A stretch of DNA of 35,521 nt from Octopus bimaculoides. Lineage: Eukaryota. Shown here one piece after another: positions 11,777-22,340 of the stretch (position 1 is its first letter; each line of letters opens with the position of its first letter). A model generated the notes under the pieces. The model was not told the DNA's origin and made no database searches. It saw only the letters and a program-made list of their open reading frames with translations. Where the stretch lies: the NCBI RefSeq assembly GCF_001194135.2, contig NC_068994.1, positions 36,896,111-36,931,631 of the forward strand, given 5' to 3'. The translations under genes were made by a program, and so were the position numbers.

Positions 11777-11941
11777 GTGTACATATATATAAATGTATAT
11801 ATATATAGATACGCATACATGTATATATATATATATACACACACACACACATACATATATACATGCGCACACACACAGATGGCCATATATATATATATGT
11901 ATTTATACGTGTGTGTGTATATATATGTATGTATATGTATG

Positions 11942-11973
<32 letters not shown>

Positions 11974-11975
11974 TA
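11670..11975. repeat. Compound (TA)n/(CA)n/(TG)n microsatellite
   Basis: Directly visible; source of the YIYI/HTHT pseudo-ORFs. Confidence 0.95.
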
Positions 11976-12448
11976 AATGAGCATGTATCATACAGAGACA
12001 TCTACAAATGTATGGATATAAATATCAGTGATTAATTCAACAATTCATTTATTAATGAGCTAGAATCTTTCAAAGAACTTTTATAGTTCAAATGGAGAAG
12101 TGTGTGAAAATAAGCCGGAAATATAAAGGAAAAAACATCTGGTCCCCTTACTTATTTTGTGGGGATTCATTGATGCATGTCCTTATTTAATAATTGCATA
12201 TTAAACAAAAGAAATTACTATTAGGAGAGATAAGAAATATAAGTGGCATCATTTGCGCATGGCAAGTATCTAAGAAGGTAGAAATAGGTGAGATATATAA
12301 TAATAAAATAGCTGGGATGCATAATAATAAAATAGCTTGAGTATGCAATAATCAAAGATTGTGTGATATCAGTGGTGTTAAATTGACAGTGTAGGAAATG
12401 ATTGGTGAGATAAAATACAGCGAGTAAAGTCTACCTTCTGGCCAAACT

Positions 12449-12669
12449 TATGAGAGGGTACTGAAAAGCTCCTGGCTTTGGGTAAAAGAAAATACAAGAG
12501 GGTCAGTTAATTATGATTTTATGTGATATATTCCCCTCTCAGATTCACACACTTATTGCTGCAGTCCTTCAGTCTTTCTAAGCCCTGTAAAAGAACTTAG
12601 AAAGTTGAATTCCCAACCAGGCCTTTCACGATACCCTTAGTGCCAGGAACTTTTCAGCACTGCCTCATA
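12449..12669. mobile_element. Tc1/mariner-type MITE with TA target duplication
   Basis: TA|tgagagggtactgaaaagctcctggc at left (12449-12476) and gccaggaacttttcagcactgcctca|TA at right (12642-12669) are imperfect inverted repeats. No coding capacity. Confidence 0.8.
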
Positions 12670-12689
12670 TATAGAGATGTACAAGGTGA

Positions 12690-13044
12690 TAAGGAATAAA
12701 GCAAACTTGTTCTACTGCATGTGTAATGTTTGTGTGCATGAAAAACAATGCGAATGAGCTGAGAGAAAAACTAGGCATAAGAGGAATTAAATGTAACATA
12801 AGAGTGAAGAGTGAGCTGGTACGGAGGTGCAATATGTGTGAAGGATGATACTCGGGTAAAGAAGTGTTGACCAATCCAAGTAGAAAGAGTCTACAGGAGA
12901 GGAAGTCTAAGGAAGAAGCAATAAATACTGATCTCAGGCTACAAAAGAAATGATGATAAAGAATCACAGCAAGGGTTGAGATACTGTGTTTAAGAAAGCC
13001 TAACCAAAGATTGCAAGCATGGAAAATGGACATTAAATGATGAT
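12690..13044 (+). mobile_element. Decayed RTE LINE 3' end with short 3' UTR and (GAT)n tail
   Basis: Frameshifted translation RNKANLFYCMCNVCVH..ELREKLGIRGIKCNIR resembles RTE ORF C-termini. Ends gcaagcatggaaaatggacattaaatgatgat. Confidence 0.7.
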
Positions 13045-13080
13045 TTCAATATTTATTTTCCCAATACATTGTGCCGATCT

Positions 13081-13520
13081 CTAATTGCGGAGGGAACCTG
13101 TGGAATGGAGTAGACTCAGGAAGATGTGGAACGATGTGGTGAGAAAGGATCTTCAGACACTGGGCCTGACTGAGGAGATGACATAGGATCAAGGCTTCTG
13201 GTGATTTGCTGTACTTGAAAAGTACAAGCTAAGTAAAATACTGGCTGTCTATCCCTCTCCCAGTTGAGTGGTCTTTGCCTTGCAGGTGCCAGTGCCACAT
13301 AAAATGTACTCATGCTGGTGCCACATAAAATGCACTCGTGCTGGTGGCACATGAAAAGCACCCAGCACACACTGTAAATTTGTTGGCATTAGGAAGGGCA
13401 TCCAACCATAGAAACCATGCCAAACAGACAGCCCTCTGGCTGGCCAGTTCCTGCCAAACTGTCCAACCCATGCCAGCATGAAAAACAGATGTTAAACGAA
13501 TACAATGATGATGATGATGG
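13081..13520 (+). mobile_element. Second RTE LINE 3' end, with a longer 3' UTR containing ~25-bp tandem repeats
   Basis: EGTCG..RLRKMWNDVVRKDLQTLGLTEEMT*DQGFW*FAVLEK, then three gtg(c/g)cacat(a/g)aaa units (about 13293-13360) and ggaagggcatcc..ccaacccatgccagcatg..(gat)n. Confidence 0.8.
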
Positions 13521-13610
13521 AAGACACTTATATTGATTATGGATCATGTTATCAACTGCTTAATGTTATCAAAATATCTCACACTGGTACTGACAATATT
13601 TAGACTTCTG

Positions 13611-13830
13611 AAGGCAGCGAGCTGGCAGAAACGTTAGCATGCCAGGCGAAATGTTTAACTGTATTTTGTCTGTATTTACGTTCTGGGTTCAAATTCTGCT
13701 AAGGTCGACTTTGCCTTTCATCCTTTCAGGGTTGATAAATTAAGTACCAGTTGCATACTGGGGTCAATCAAATTGACTGGCCTCCACCCCAAAAATTTCA
13801 GGCCTTGTTCCTATAGTAGAAAAGAATATT
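13611..13830 (+). mobile_element. SINE family B, tail variant ii
   Basis: aaggcagcgagctggcagaaacgttagc.. with tail aaaatttcaggccttgttcctatagtagaaaag. Confidence 0.88.
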
Positions 13831-14119
13831 TAGGCCGCTGTCTGACCATGTTGGCATTAGCATTGTGTACAGAAATGCAGTTGTTGGCTTCTTAACTGTC
13901 AATTTTATATTTCATTTAAAAATAATAATGTGAGTTGATTTGATATTCAAAAATTATATTTGTGATTGTCTCATATTCTCTGAAGCATGTGGAGAAGATT
14001 GTAAGAATAAACTTCGACAATAGTGGCTCAGGTATTGGAAAATATTAAACTTTGTACATACATGGTTAAATTGTTGGAATGGTTGAAGTGAAATTTATTC
14101 TGTACATAACAGCATAGAA

Positions 14120-14590
14120 GATGACAATGGTGTCATTGAAGGCATCACTGCTGATGATGATGATGCTGAGGATAGTGATGTTGATCAGAGTAGTTGTGAC
14201 GGTAGTGGTGATGATGATGATGGTGGAAGCGGTGATTATGTTGGTGATGCTGTTAGTGGTGGTTGTGGTGATTATGATGGTGATGATGGTGATTGCAGTG
14301 GGGATAATGGTAGTGGTGATGATAATGATGATGATGATGTTGTTGTTGGTGGTGGTGGTTGCAGCATTGGCGGTGATGGTGGCAGCAGCATTGGCGGTGG
14401 TGGTATTGGCAGTAGCAGTGGTGGTGGTAGTAGTGGTTGTGGTGGTGGTGGTGGTAGTAGTGGCTGCGGTGGTGATGGTGGTGGTGGTAATGATGAGAAG
14501 GAGGATAATGATGATGATGATGATGGTAGTGGCAGCAGTGGTAGTGGTAGATGTAGTGGTGGTGTTGGTGGTAGTGGTAGTTGTTTTGCT
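14120..14590. repeat. Degenerate (GRT/GTD)n trinucleotide array
   Basis: Mixed gat/ggt/gta/gtt/gca units. Its frame stays open (Val/Met-rich) only because of the periodicity. Confidence 0.9.
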
Positions 14591-14899
14591 TTTTATAGCT
14601 TAGTCAGACAGTGCCCTCAACCATTAATTCAGGTTCTTTGACACTGGTGCGAAAAAGCTTTGCATAGGGGACTTTGCTAAAAATTACCCAAGGAACCCAT
14701 GAAGTGGTATCAGATTGTGACAGATTAAGTCTACCACCCAAGAACAAGTATTGGTGATCTGATAGCTTTTTTATTCACAAGGCCTGGAGTTGGCCTGGAG
14801 TTATGCTAAAAGACATTTGCCCAATGGATTGCATAACCTGAACCTGCAAAGCAAAATTTTAAAAATACACAGCCATGCTAGCACACAGAATGGTGTATC

Positions 14900-15142
14900 A
14901 GTAGTATTGCTGATGACGGTGGTGGTTGTAGTAGTGGTGGTAGTTGTAGTGGTGGTAGTTGTAGTGGTGCTGGTGGTTGTGGCAGCAGCGGTGGCAGTAG
15001 CATTGAGGTGGTAGTGGTGGTGACTGACAGCATTGTAGTGGTAATGGTGGTGGTAGTGGTAGTGATGGCTGTGGTAATTGAAGTGGCTATGATGATTATG
15101 AAGATGATGATGATAGGGTGGTAATGACAATTGCAGTCATGG

Positions 15143-15176
<34 letters not shown>

Positions 15177-15195
15177 AATGATGTCAATGATGTTG
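14900..15195. repeat. Second degenerate trinucleotide array ending in (GAT)n
   Basis: Same composition as 14120-14590, separated from it by about 300 bp that includes a decayed family A head remnant. Confidence 0.9.
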
Positions 15196-15708
15196 GTCAT
15201 GATACAGGGGAAAAAAATCTATAGAACTTGCTAAATCTCCAGCCTTTTTCCTTTTTCTCACCTGACTTGTTCAATATTAATAACAACAGGAATAATAATA
15301 ATATGTAATACATAATAAATACAACTAGTCTCATACTACTTTCCGTTCTGAAACCATCAATGCATAAATAAAATTTATGTCCAATAATTCTCTGTATCTT
15401 CCAGAACCTTCCTTTATTTATTCTTTCACAAGATCCCTGGTTACTTTCTGCATTCATAAGAATAAGTATATCTAAAATATATTGAATAGTTATAGCAGTA
15501 GATATAGTTACAACTTTTTACCATTATAAATATTATCTAAATGTTTCAAGCTTATTTATTGTAAGTATAATAGCTTTACTACTTCATCATTCTACACAAA
15601 AACCAGCTCGGTGTATTTTCACAATATTCTCCATATGCTTCATAGCATAACAGGTGAGGCATCTACGAATAAAACTTCTGGATTCAGATAGCCATGTTTC
15701 AGACTTAC

Positions 15709-15734
15709 AAAATGCCAACTGCTCACATTATCAA
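15709..15734 (-). other. Candidate 26-nt micro-exon of an unidentified gene
   Basis: The minus strand reads T31-AG | TTGATAATGTGAGCAGTTGGCATTTT | GTAAGT. One frame is open (xDNVSSWHF). No homology recognised. Confidence 0.3.
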
Positions 15735-15769
<35 letters not shown>

Positions 15770-15872
15770 AAAAGCTATCTACTTGCATTCTGTGAATTGT
15801 GATGGTGCCAATATGGTCAGAGTAATGTCTAAATATTATGAGTATTGGGAAAATAAATATCCTCTATGTAAT

Positions 15873-16075
15873 AATGGTTCCAAATTCTGGCACATGGCCA
15901 GCAATTCTGTGGAGGGGTAAGTTGATGACATCAACCTCAGTGATCAACTGGTACTTATTTTATTGACCCAGTAAGGATGAAAGGTAAAGTTGGCCTCAGC
16001 AGAATTTGAACTCAGGATGTACAGACAGATGAAATACTGCTAAGCATGCTAACAGTTTTGTTAGCTCACCGCCTT
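15873..16075 (-). mobile_element. SINE family B
   Basis: ttccaaattctggcacatggccagcaat..caactggtacttattttattgaccc..gaatttgaactcag..gctcaccgcc. Confidence 0.82.
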
Positions 16076-16084
16076 TACCTTCAT

Positions 16085-16085
<1 letters not shown>

Positions 16086-16128
<43 letters not shown>
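16086..16128. repeat. (TAA)14 microsatellite
   Basis: Directly visible. Confidence 0.97.
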
Positions 16129-16130
<2 letters not shown>

Positions 16131-16142
16131 CCCTTTCTACAG

Positions 16143-16854
16143 TATGGACAATTTCATAGGGATGTTGAAGATAAGACAAACAGAGAAAAAAGATGGCTGT
16201 GGATGACTAAAAGTAAATTAAGACCGGAAACGGAGGCTCTAATCTGTGCTGCATAAGAGCAAGCATTAAGAACAAGTTAGATCGGAAGAGCGTCGNNNNN
16301 NNNNNNNNNNNNNNNNNNNNNNNNNNNNNNNNNNNNNNNNNNNNNNNNNNNNNNNNNNNNNNNNNNNNNNNNNNNNNNNNNNNNNNNNNNNNNNNNNNNN
16401 NNNNNNNNNNNNNNNNNNNNNNNNNNNNNNNNNNNNNNNNNNNNNNNNNNNNNNNNNNNNNNNNNNNNNNNNNNNNNNNNNNNNNNNNNNNNNNNNNNNN
16501 NNNNNNNNNNNNNNNNNNNNNNNNNNNNNNNNNNNNNNNNNNNNNNNNNNNNNNNNNNNNNNNNNNNNNNNNNNNNNNNNNNNNNNNNNNNNNNNNNNNN
16601 NNNNNNNNNNNNNNNNNNNNNNNNNNNNNNNNNNNNNNNNNNNNNNNNNNNNNNNNNNNNNNNNNNNNNNNNNNNNNNNNAATAGGAAATAGGCATAAAA
16701 CGTAGCTTAGTAAAGCTCCAGAAAATAATGTTATTAGGGACAGCTAGAATATTAAGGAGGGTTCTTGGCATCTAAAGTTACTTATTGTAGCCTGATGTTA
16801 GAAATTTTTCTTTTCCAACAGTCTAATCTGTTGTGTGTACAGGAAAATAATAAT
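16143..16854 (+). mobile_element. R4/Dong-clade (restriction-like endonuclease) non-LTR retrotransposon 3' fragment spanning an assembly gap
   Basis: Left of the gap: YGQFHRDVEDKTNREKRWLWMTKSKLRPETEALICAA*EQALRT. Right of the gap: EIGIKRSLVKLQKIMLLGTARILRRVLGI* (stop 16773-16775). These match the ETEALI.AAQEQAL and LQK..LLGTARILRRVL motifs. The 3' UTR ends in aataataat. Confidence 0.85.
16279..16295 (+). other. Illumina TruSeq adapter remnant (assembly artefact)
   Basis: AGATCGGAAGAGCGTCG is an exact 17-nt match to the adapter start and sits immediately before an N-gap. Confidence 0.95.
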
Positions 16855-17058
16855 GATTTTTATTATTGTTGCTGTTATTGTTGTTGTTGCTGTCATTTAC
16901 TTCTCAGAGCTCTTGATTTCACTTGCTCCAGTTAATTCTGGAAGAGGGAAAAGCAACCTGTTGTCAAGGGTCTCATAGAACTTCTCTATCACAACACTTA
17001 ACATCCAAGTATCAACCTTAAAATACTTGAACCAGCAAAAGCACCAGCACCACCACCA

Positions 17059-17200
17059 TCTTTCATCCTTTCAGGGTCGATAAATTAAGTAGCAGTGAAA
17101 TACTGGGGTCAATGTAATCGACTAGTCCCACTGCCCCCAAATTTCAGGCCTTGTATCTTTTTTAGTAGAAAGGATTATTATTATTATTTTTATTATAATT
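17059..17200 (+). mobile_element. 5'-truncated SINE family B, tail variant ii with (TTA)n end
   Basis: ctttcatcctttcagggtcgataaattaagtagc..aatttcaggccttg..gtagaaaggattattatt. Confidence 0.82.
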
Positions 17201-17619
17201 ATTGATATCTATTACATGTCTGCATAGTGTGATGATGTATCCATATGTGAAAGTATGAACAAACTGTGAATTATAATAAATAAGTACTCAAATTGTTTAT
17301 ATATCTATACCTTCACATACATATACACAGAACAATTGCATGCAAATGCGTAAACATCCAACACAAAAAAATTACCTATGAAGACGTACAGAAAATTATG
17401 GACTATTTTGAAGCATGAATTGTTAAGTAATTTAATGTAGTGCTCTGTGCAATAGTTATGCTAGAGTAATAAGTAGCAGATTGTTTAAGAAGCTCTTTTG
17501 GTTTATGTTTTTATGTTTTATAATGTTTCTAGCATTCATTTTTCAGCATTTTTGTTTACATTTATTGTTGATATAATACACTTACTGAATAATTTACATT
17601 ATCTCAATCTCTAAGCCTA

Positions 17620-17675
<56 letters not shown>

Positions 17676-17853
17676 CACTCACATATATATGACTGTATAA
17701 TAATATATCTTCTCTAATTTGAAGCGACAATTTTTAAATACAAACAAATGACCAAAAAAATAATGAGTTAACCCTAGCCAGAATCGAACCCACAAAGCAA
17801 TGCTTACACAACTCCTTGTGCATTCGAAAGGGCCAAATGCTTTAAAATGTGAG

Positions 17854-17986
17854 AAAGCCTCGTTTTTAAGGGTAAAACGCCATGTGATTATCTCCCTTCG
17901 CCATTGTCCATTGTGTAGCTGAAGTTCAATGGAAAATGGCAAAGGGTAATAATCACCTAGGGTTTTACCCTTAAAAATAAGGCTTT
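17854..17986. repeat. Long imperfect palindrome: 60-bp arms, 13-nt spacer
   Basis: 17854-17913 and 17927-17986 are reverse complements, ungapped, with 51/60 matches by hand count. Confidence 0.9.
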
Positions 17987-18849
17987 CCCTCTCCATATCT
18001 AAAAGAGGCCTCAGAACAGCAGTGTTTGAGGCCTGAGGATACACCATAAGGTTAAACCCCTTATGAGTGAGAAACCCAGGGTAACCTCATAAACCGGTCT
18101 ACTCCACTATAATATTAACCACTCTACATCTTAGAGTATGCTTCTCCTTTGGATTTATGTATTTCTGCAAACGATATATCTGTATGTGTATGCATACATA
18201 TATATATATATATATANNNNNNNNNNNNNNNNNNNNNNNNNNNNNNNNNNNNNNNNNNNNNNNNNNNNNNNNNNNNNNNNNNNNNNNNNNNNNNNNNNNN
18301 NNNNNNNNNNNNNNNNNNNNNNNNNNNNNNNNNNNNNNNNNNNNNNNNNNNNNNNNNNNNNNNNNNNNNNNNNNNNNNNNNNNNNNNNNNNNNNNNNNNN
18401 NNNNNNNNNNNNNNNNNNNNNNNNNNNNNNNNNNNNNNNNNNNNNNNNNNNNNNNNNNNNNNNNNNNNNNNNNNNNNNNNNNNNNNNNNNNNNNNNNNNN
18501 NNNNNNNNNNNNNNNNNNNNNNNNNNNNNNNNNNNNNNNNNNNNNNNNNNNNNNNNNNNNNNNNNNNNNNNNNNNNNNNNNNNNNNNNNNNNNNNNNNNN
18601 NNNNNNNNNNNNNNNNNNNNNNNNNNNNNNNNNNNNNNNNNNNNNNNNNNNNNNNNNNNNNNNNNNNNNNNNNNNNNNNNNNNNNNNNNNNNNNNNNNNN
18701 NNNNNNNNNNNNNNNNNNNNNNNNNNNNNNNNNNNNNNNNNNNNNNNNNNNNNNNNNNNNNNNNNNNNNNNNNNNNNNNNNNNNNNNNNNNNNNNNNNNN
18801 NNNNNNNNNNNNNNNNNNNNNNNNNNNNNNNNNNNNNNNNNNNNNNNNN

Positions 18850-19280
18850 TGTGTATCGGCCGATTTCGCAATTACTAGAATGAATCTAGATTTCGTTCAT
18901 CAGCACAGTATTGTCCCAAAAATATATACAAACAAACAGAATTCTCACCTCACCAAAAACGAACACACTACGTATCCGACAGAGTAAAGGGAAAGAAGTT
19001 TATCCGTATATATCTTCATCAAAGAAGCGGGAATACTTCCGGGTTGCTTCTGGGTACCCATGTGGAGACAGGAATAAAAATTCAACATTGAATATATTCC
19101 GTGTATATATTTGATAAATAAATTCAAAAAGGGATAAAACTCTTTTACAAGAATTTTATCAAGAAGCCAGTGTGTGGTGGGTGAGAATTCTGTTTGTTTG
19201 TATATATTTTTGGGACAATACTGTGCTGATGAACGAAATCTAGATACATTCTAGTAATCGCGAAATCGGCCGATACACAG
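18850..19280. mobile_element. Young MITE with ~100-bp terminal inverted repeats
   Basis: 18850-18949 and 19180-19279 are reverse complements with 2 mismatches in 100. The element is CpG-rich with a 230-bp non-coding interior. The right end is followed by TTAA; the left flank is in an N-gap. Confidence 0.9.
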
Positions 19281-19421
19281 TTAAGTTTATTTAAAAGAAA
19301 GTTGGTCGTCTTCTGTTCGTTGTTTTTCCTCGCATTAGGTACTAAATGTGGTTATTTTGAGAAGTCCACTGTGTGGCGTTATTATTTTCTGTAATAATGC
19401 CCTTTATATAAATATAAACGA

Positions 19422-19453
<32 letters not shown>

Positions 19454-19922
19454 ATATATATGTGTGTGTATGTATATATATATATGTATGTATAGTGTAA
19501 AGAGATAGTGGTTATAATAACCGACTAAGGGATAAAATACCTGTATGTACTATCTGTATCTGTTACCCATGATCACCAGGCATTATTGTGCAGGTACACT
19601 ATGCATGTAGAGTGCAGGTAACAACAGTATAAACAAGAATTTATCAGGAAACAAATATAAATAGTTAGAAAATGGAGAAAACTTCAAATCAAGCTATAAA
19701 TGTAGTCCAATCGATGTGTTTGTTAATCTGAGTTTTTTTCCATCTTCTGATTATTTGTATATGTATATTTATNNNNNNNNNNNNNNNNNNNNNNNNNNNN
19801 NNNNNNNNNNNNNNNNNNNNNNNNNNNNNNNNNNNNNNNNNNNNNNNNNNNNNNNNNNNNNNNNNNNNNNNNNNNNNNNNNNNNNNNNNNNNNNNNNNNN
19901 NNNNNNNNNNNNNNNNNNNNNN

Positions 19923-19955
<33 letters not shown>

Positions 19956-20011
19956 TATGTATATATATATATATATATATTATGTGTCTGCGTGTATATA
20001 AGTATATAAGT

Positions 20012-20048
<37 letters not shown>

Positions 20049-20353
20049 TCTGTATGTGTGTGTGAATGTGTGCATATATTTGTGTCTCCTCATCTTTACA
20101 TCACATAATAATTATAAATGAGTGTCACCATACAAGGAATGTTGTTTGTTTCCAATCCTCTAAGAAATCTTGGGAATAGGTGAGGGTTGGCAACAGTGAA
20201 GGCATCCATGTGTTGAAAATCTATTTGACCCAATGAAGCAATGGAAATATAGATACTAAAAAGTGGAGGAGAATGATGATGATGATGAGGATGATTGTGA
20301 TGATGATGATGTCTGTATGATGTATGTCTGTAAGTATATATCTTTTGTCATTT

Positions 20354-20815
20354 ATCTTTTACTGGTTTCAGTCATTTGTCTGTGGTCATGCTAGTGCAGA
20401 GCCTTGAGGAACTTGGTTAAAAAAAAATCAGCACTAATACTTAGTTTTGTAAAGCTTTTTTTTAAAAAATTCTATCAGTTTCTTTTGCAACGTCATGGAG
20501 CTGTAGCAACCTAAGAAAAAATAAGCATTGGTTGTCAAGTGATGGGAATACAAACACAAAGACACACAGGCGCACACATATGCTCACATACATACGCATA
20601 CACAGACGTGTGAACCCACTCACACACCCATACATACATACGTACATACATACGTACATGCAGGCATACATTTGATAGGCTTTCATGCAACTTTTGTCTA
20701 CCAAATTCATTCACAAGGTATTGGTTGGCCCAGGGCTGTAGTAGAAGGCACTTGCTCAAGGTGTCATGCAGTAGGACTGAAACCAAAACCACATGGTTGC
20801 AAATTGAGCTTACAC
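20354..20815 (-). mobile_element. Decayed full-length SINE family A
   Basis: cttttactggtttcagtcatttg..ggttgtcaag..internal (TACA)n..gtagtagaaggcacttgctcaaggtg..accacatggttg. Confidence 0.8.
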
Positions 20816-21943
20816 ACACACACATACACGCACACACTGTTTCATGCCTGGATCTTCAAACATGTAATTTTGATTGGAGATATTGACAACAAAAATGGTA
20901 GACACAATTCGGTTTCCTCATAAAATAGCCCAAATCTCACGTCGGCCTGTTGTTACATGCCTCACGCTAATGGGATGTCAGTATCGGTTGAGTGAAGTTC
21001 TCGGATATCGGTTAAAATAATGAAATTGTTAAGTGGAATAACGCCCTAAATAGAATAACGTCGCATATGATATTTATATCTATTTATATAGATATATGTA
21101 TATGGTTCAAGGGGGATAAGTCAGGCTTTGCATTTACTAATTTTTACGTTCTTCCTCTGCGTGTGTGTCTCTGAATGTGTGTGTGCCTGTATATTCACTC
21201 ACTTGCGCGCACACGCGTACACACACACACAGAGAGGAAATAAGAAGAATACAGAAATGAACAAAAGCAATACATGTGTGTATATGTATGTGAGTTGTGT
21301 ATGTGTGTGTGCGCACATGTATATCGTATGTATATCACTGGGTTGACAGCAAACCTGTGACAATTTCAATAGAAGCCTTATTCTTAAAGTATGCCTGGGA
21401 TAATGGCTGAAGCTGGGCTTTAGTTTGAGTGGTTAATTCATGTGGTCAGTGTGAATGTGTAGTAATTTGTTGTTTAACGTGCATAGAATTAGGATTATAA
21501 TTATCTACCCCTGATTATCTATTTACTATGCCAAATACCACCATGTTGCATCAACAAAATTTATGTCTTACATGTGTATGTCTACATGTGGTGTTTGATG
21601 GAGCAGGTATTACATCCTTCTGGGGCAGCCTTGCAGCTTATGCTAGTGTGAGTTCATTGTTTGAGGAGCAGTCATTCGCCATGATGTATCACTTGCAAAT
21701 CATGACAATTTATTCAACATATGCACAAATTGTTCAGTGTGTACAGTTATGTATATCGGTAACACAGATTTACATTTATTTTGCATCAGTACTTGAAACT
21801 TTGTAAACTAGCTTCCGTTTTGAAGCATTTCTTATTCAAAATACAGTTGGTTGTACTTCTGAAACTGCATTTATGTTGGGTTAATTGTCCGTTGTTGCTG
21901 ATTACTTCATTATGCCTGAGAATTTGTGATCTTATATTAACTA

Positions 21944-22340
21944 ATTGTTGTTGTTGTTGTTGGCACTCTGTTGCTTACAACGTCGAGGGTTCCAGTTGAT
22001 CTGATCAACAAAACAGCCTGCTTGTGAAATTAACATGCAAGTAGCTGAGCACTCCACAGACACCTGTACCCTTAACGTAGTTCTCGGGGATATTCAGTGT
22101 GACACAGTGTGACAAGGCTGACCCTTTGAATTACAGGCACAACAGAAGCAGGAAGTAAGAGTGAGAGAAAGTTGTGGTGAAAGAGTACAGCAGAGTTCGC
22201 CACCATCCCCTGCCAGAGCCTCGTGGAGCTTTAGGTGTTTTCGCTCAATAAACACTCAAAACGCCCGGTCTGGGAATCGAAACCGCGATCTTATGACCGT
22301 GAGTCTGCTGCCCTAACCACTGGGCCATTGCGCCTCCACA
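21944..22340 (-). mobile_element. Young tRNA-derived SINE, family D, with (AAC)n tail
   Basis: The minus strand starts ggaggcgcaatggcccagtggttagggcagc..cggtttcgattcccagaccgggcg, with clear A and B boxes, followed by a non-tRNA body and (aac)n. CpGs are retained. Confidence 0.85.

Noticed and set aside
12146-12240. Strong-looking minus-strand acceptor/donor pair (a similar pair lies at 17580-17615)
   Set aside because: Stops in all three frames. This shows that such splice-like pairs arise by chance here and lowers confidence in the other exon candidates.
13293-13360. Three ~25-bp direct repeats, superficially CRISPR-like
   Set aside because: They are tandem units without unique spacers, inside an RTE 3' UTR, in a eukaryotic context with no cas genes.
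14121-15130. Val/Met-rich 160-aa ORF and His/Thr-rich reverse ORF
   Set aside because: By-products of degenerate trinucleotide arrays, with no domain or convincing splice context.
22260-22340. tRNA-like sequence with A and B boxes (also at 30990-31060)
   Set aside because: No convincing cloverleaf, and each continues into a SINE body and tail, so these are SINE heads rather than tRNA genes.
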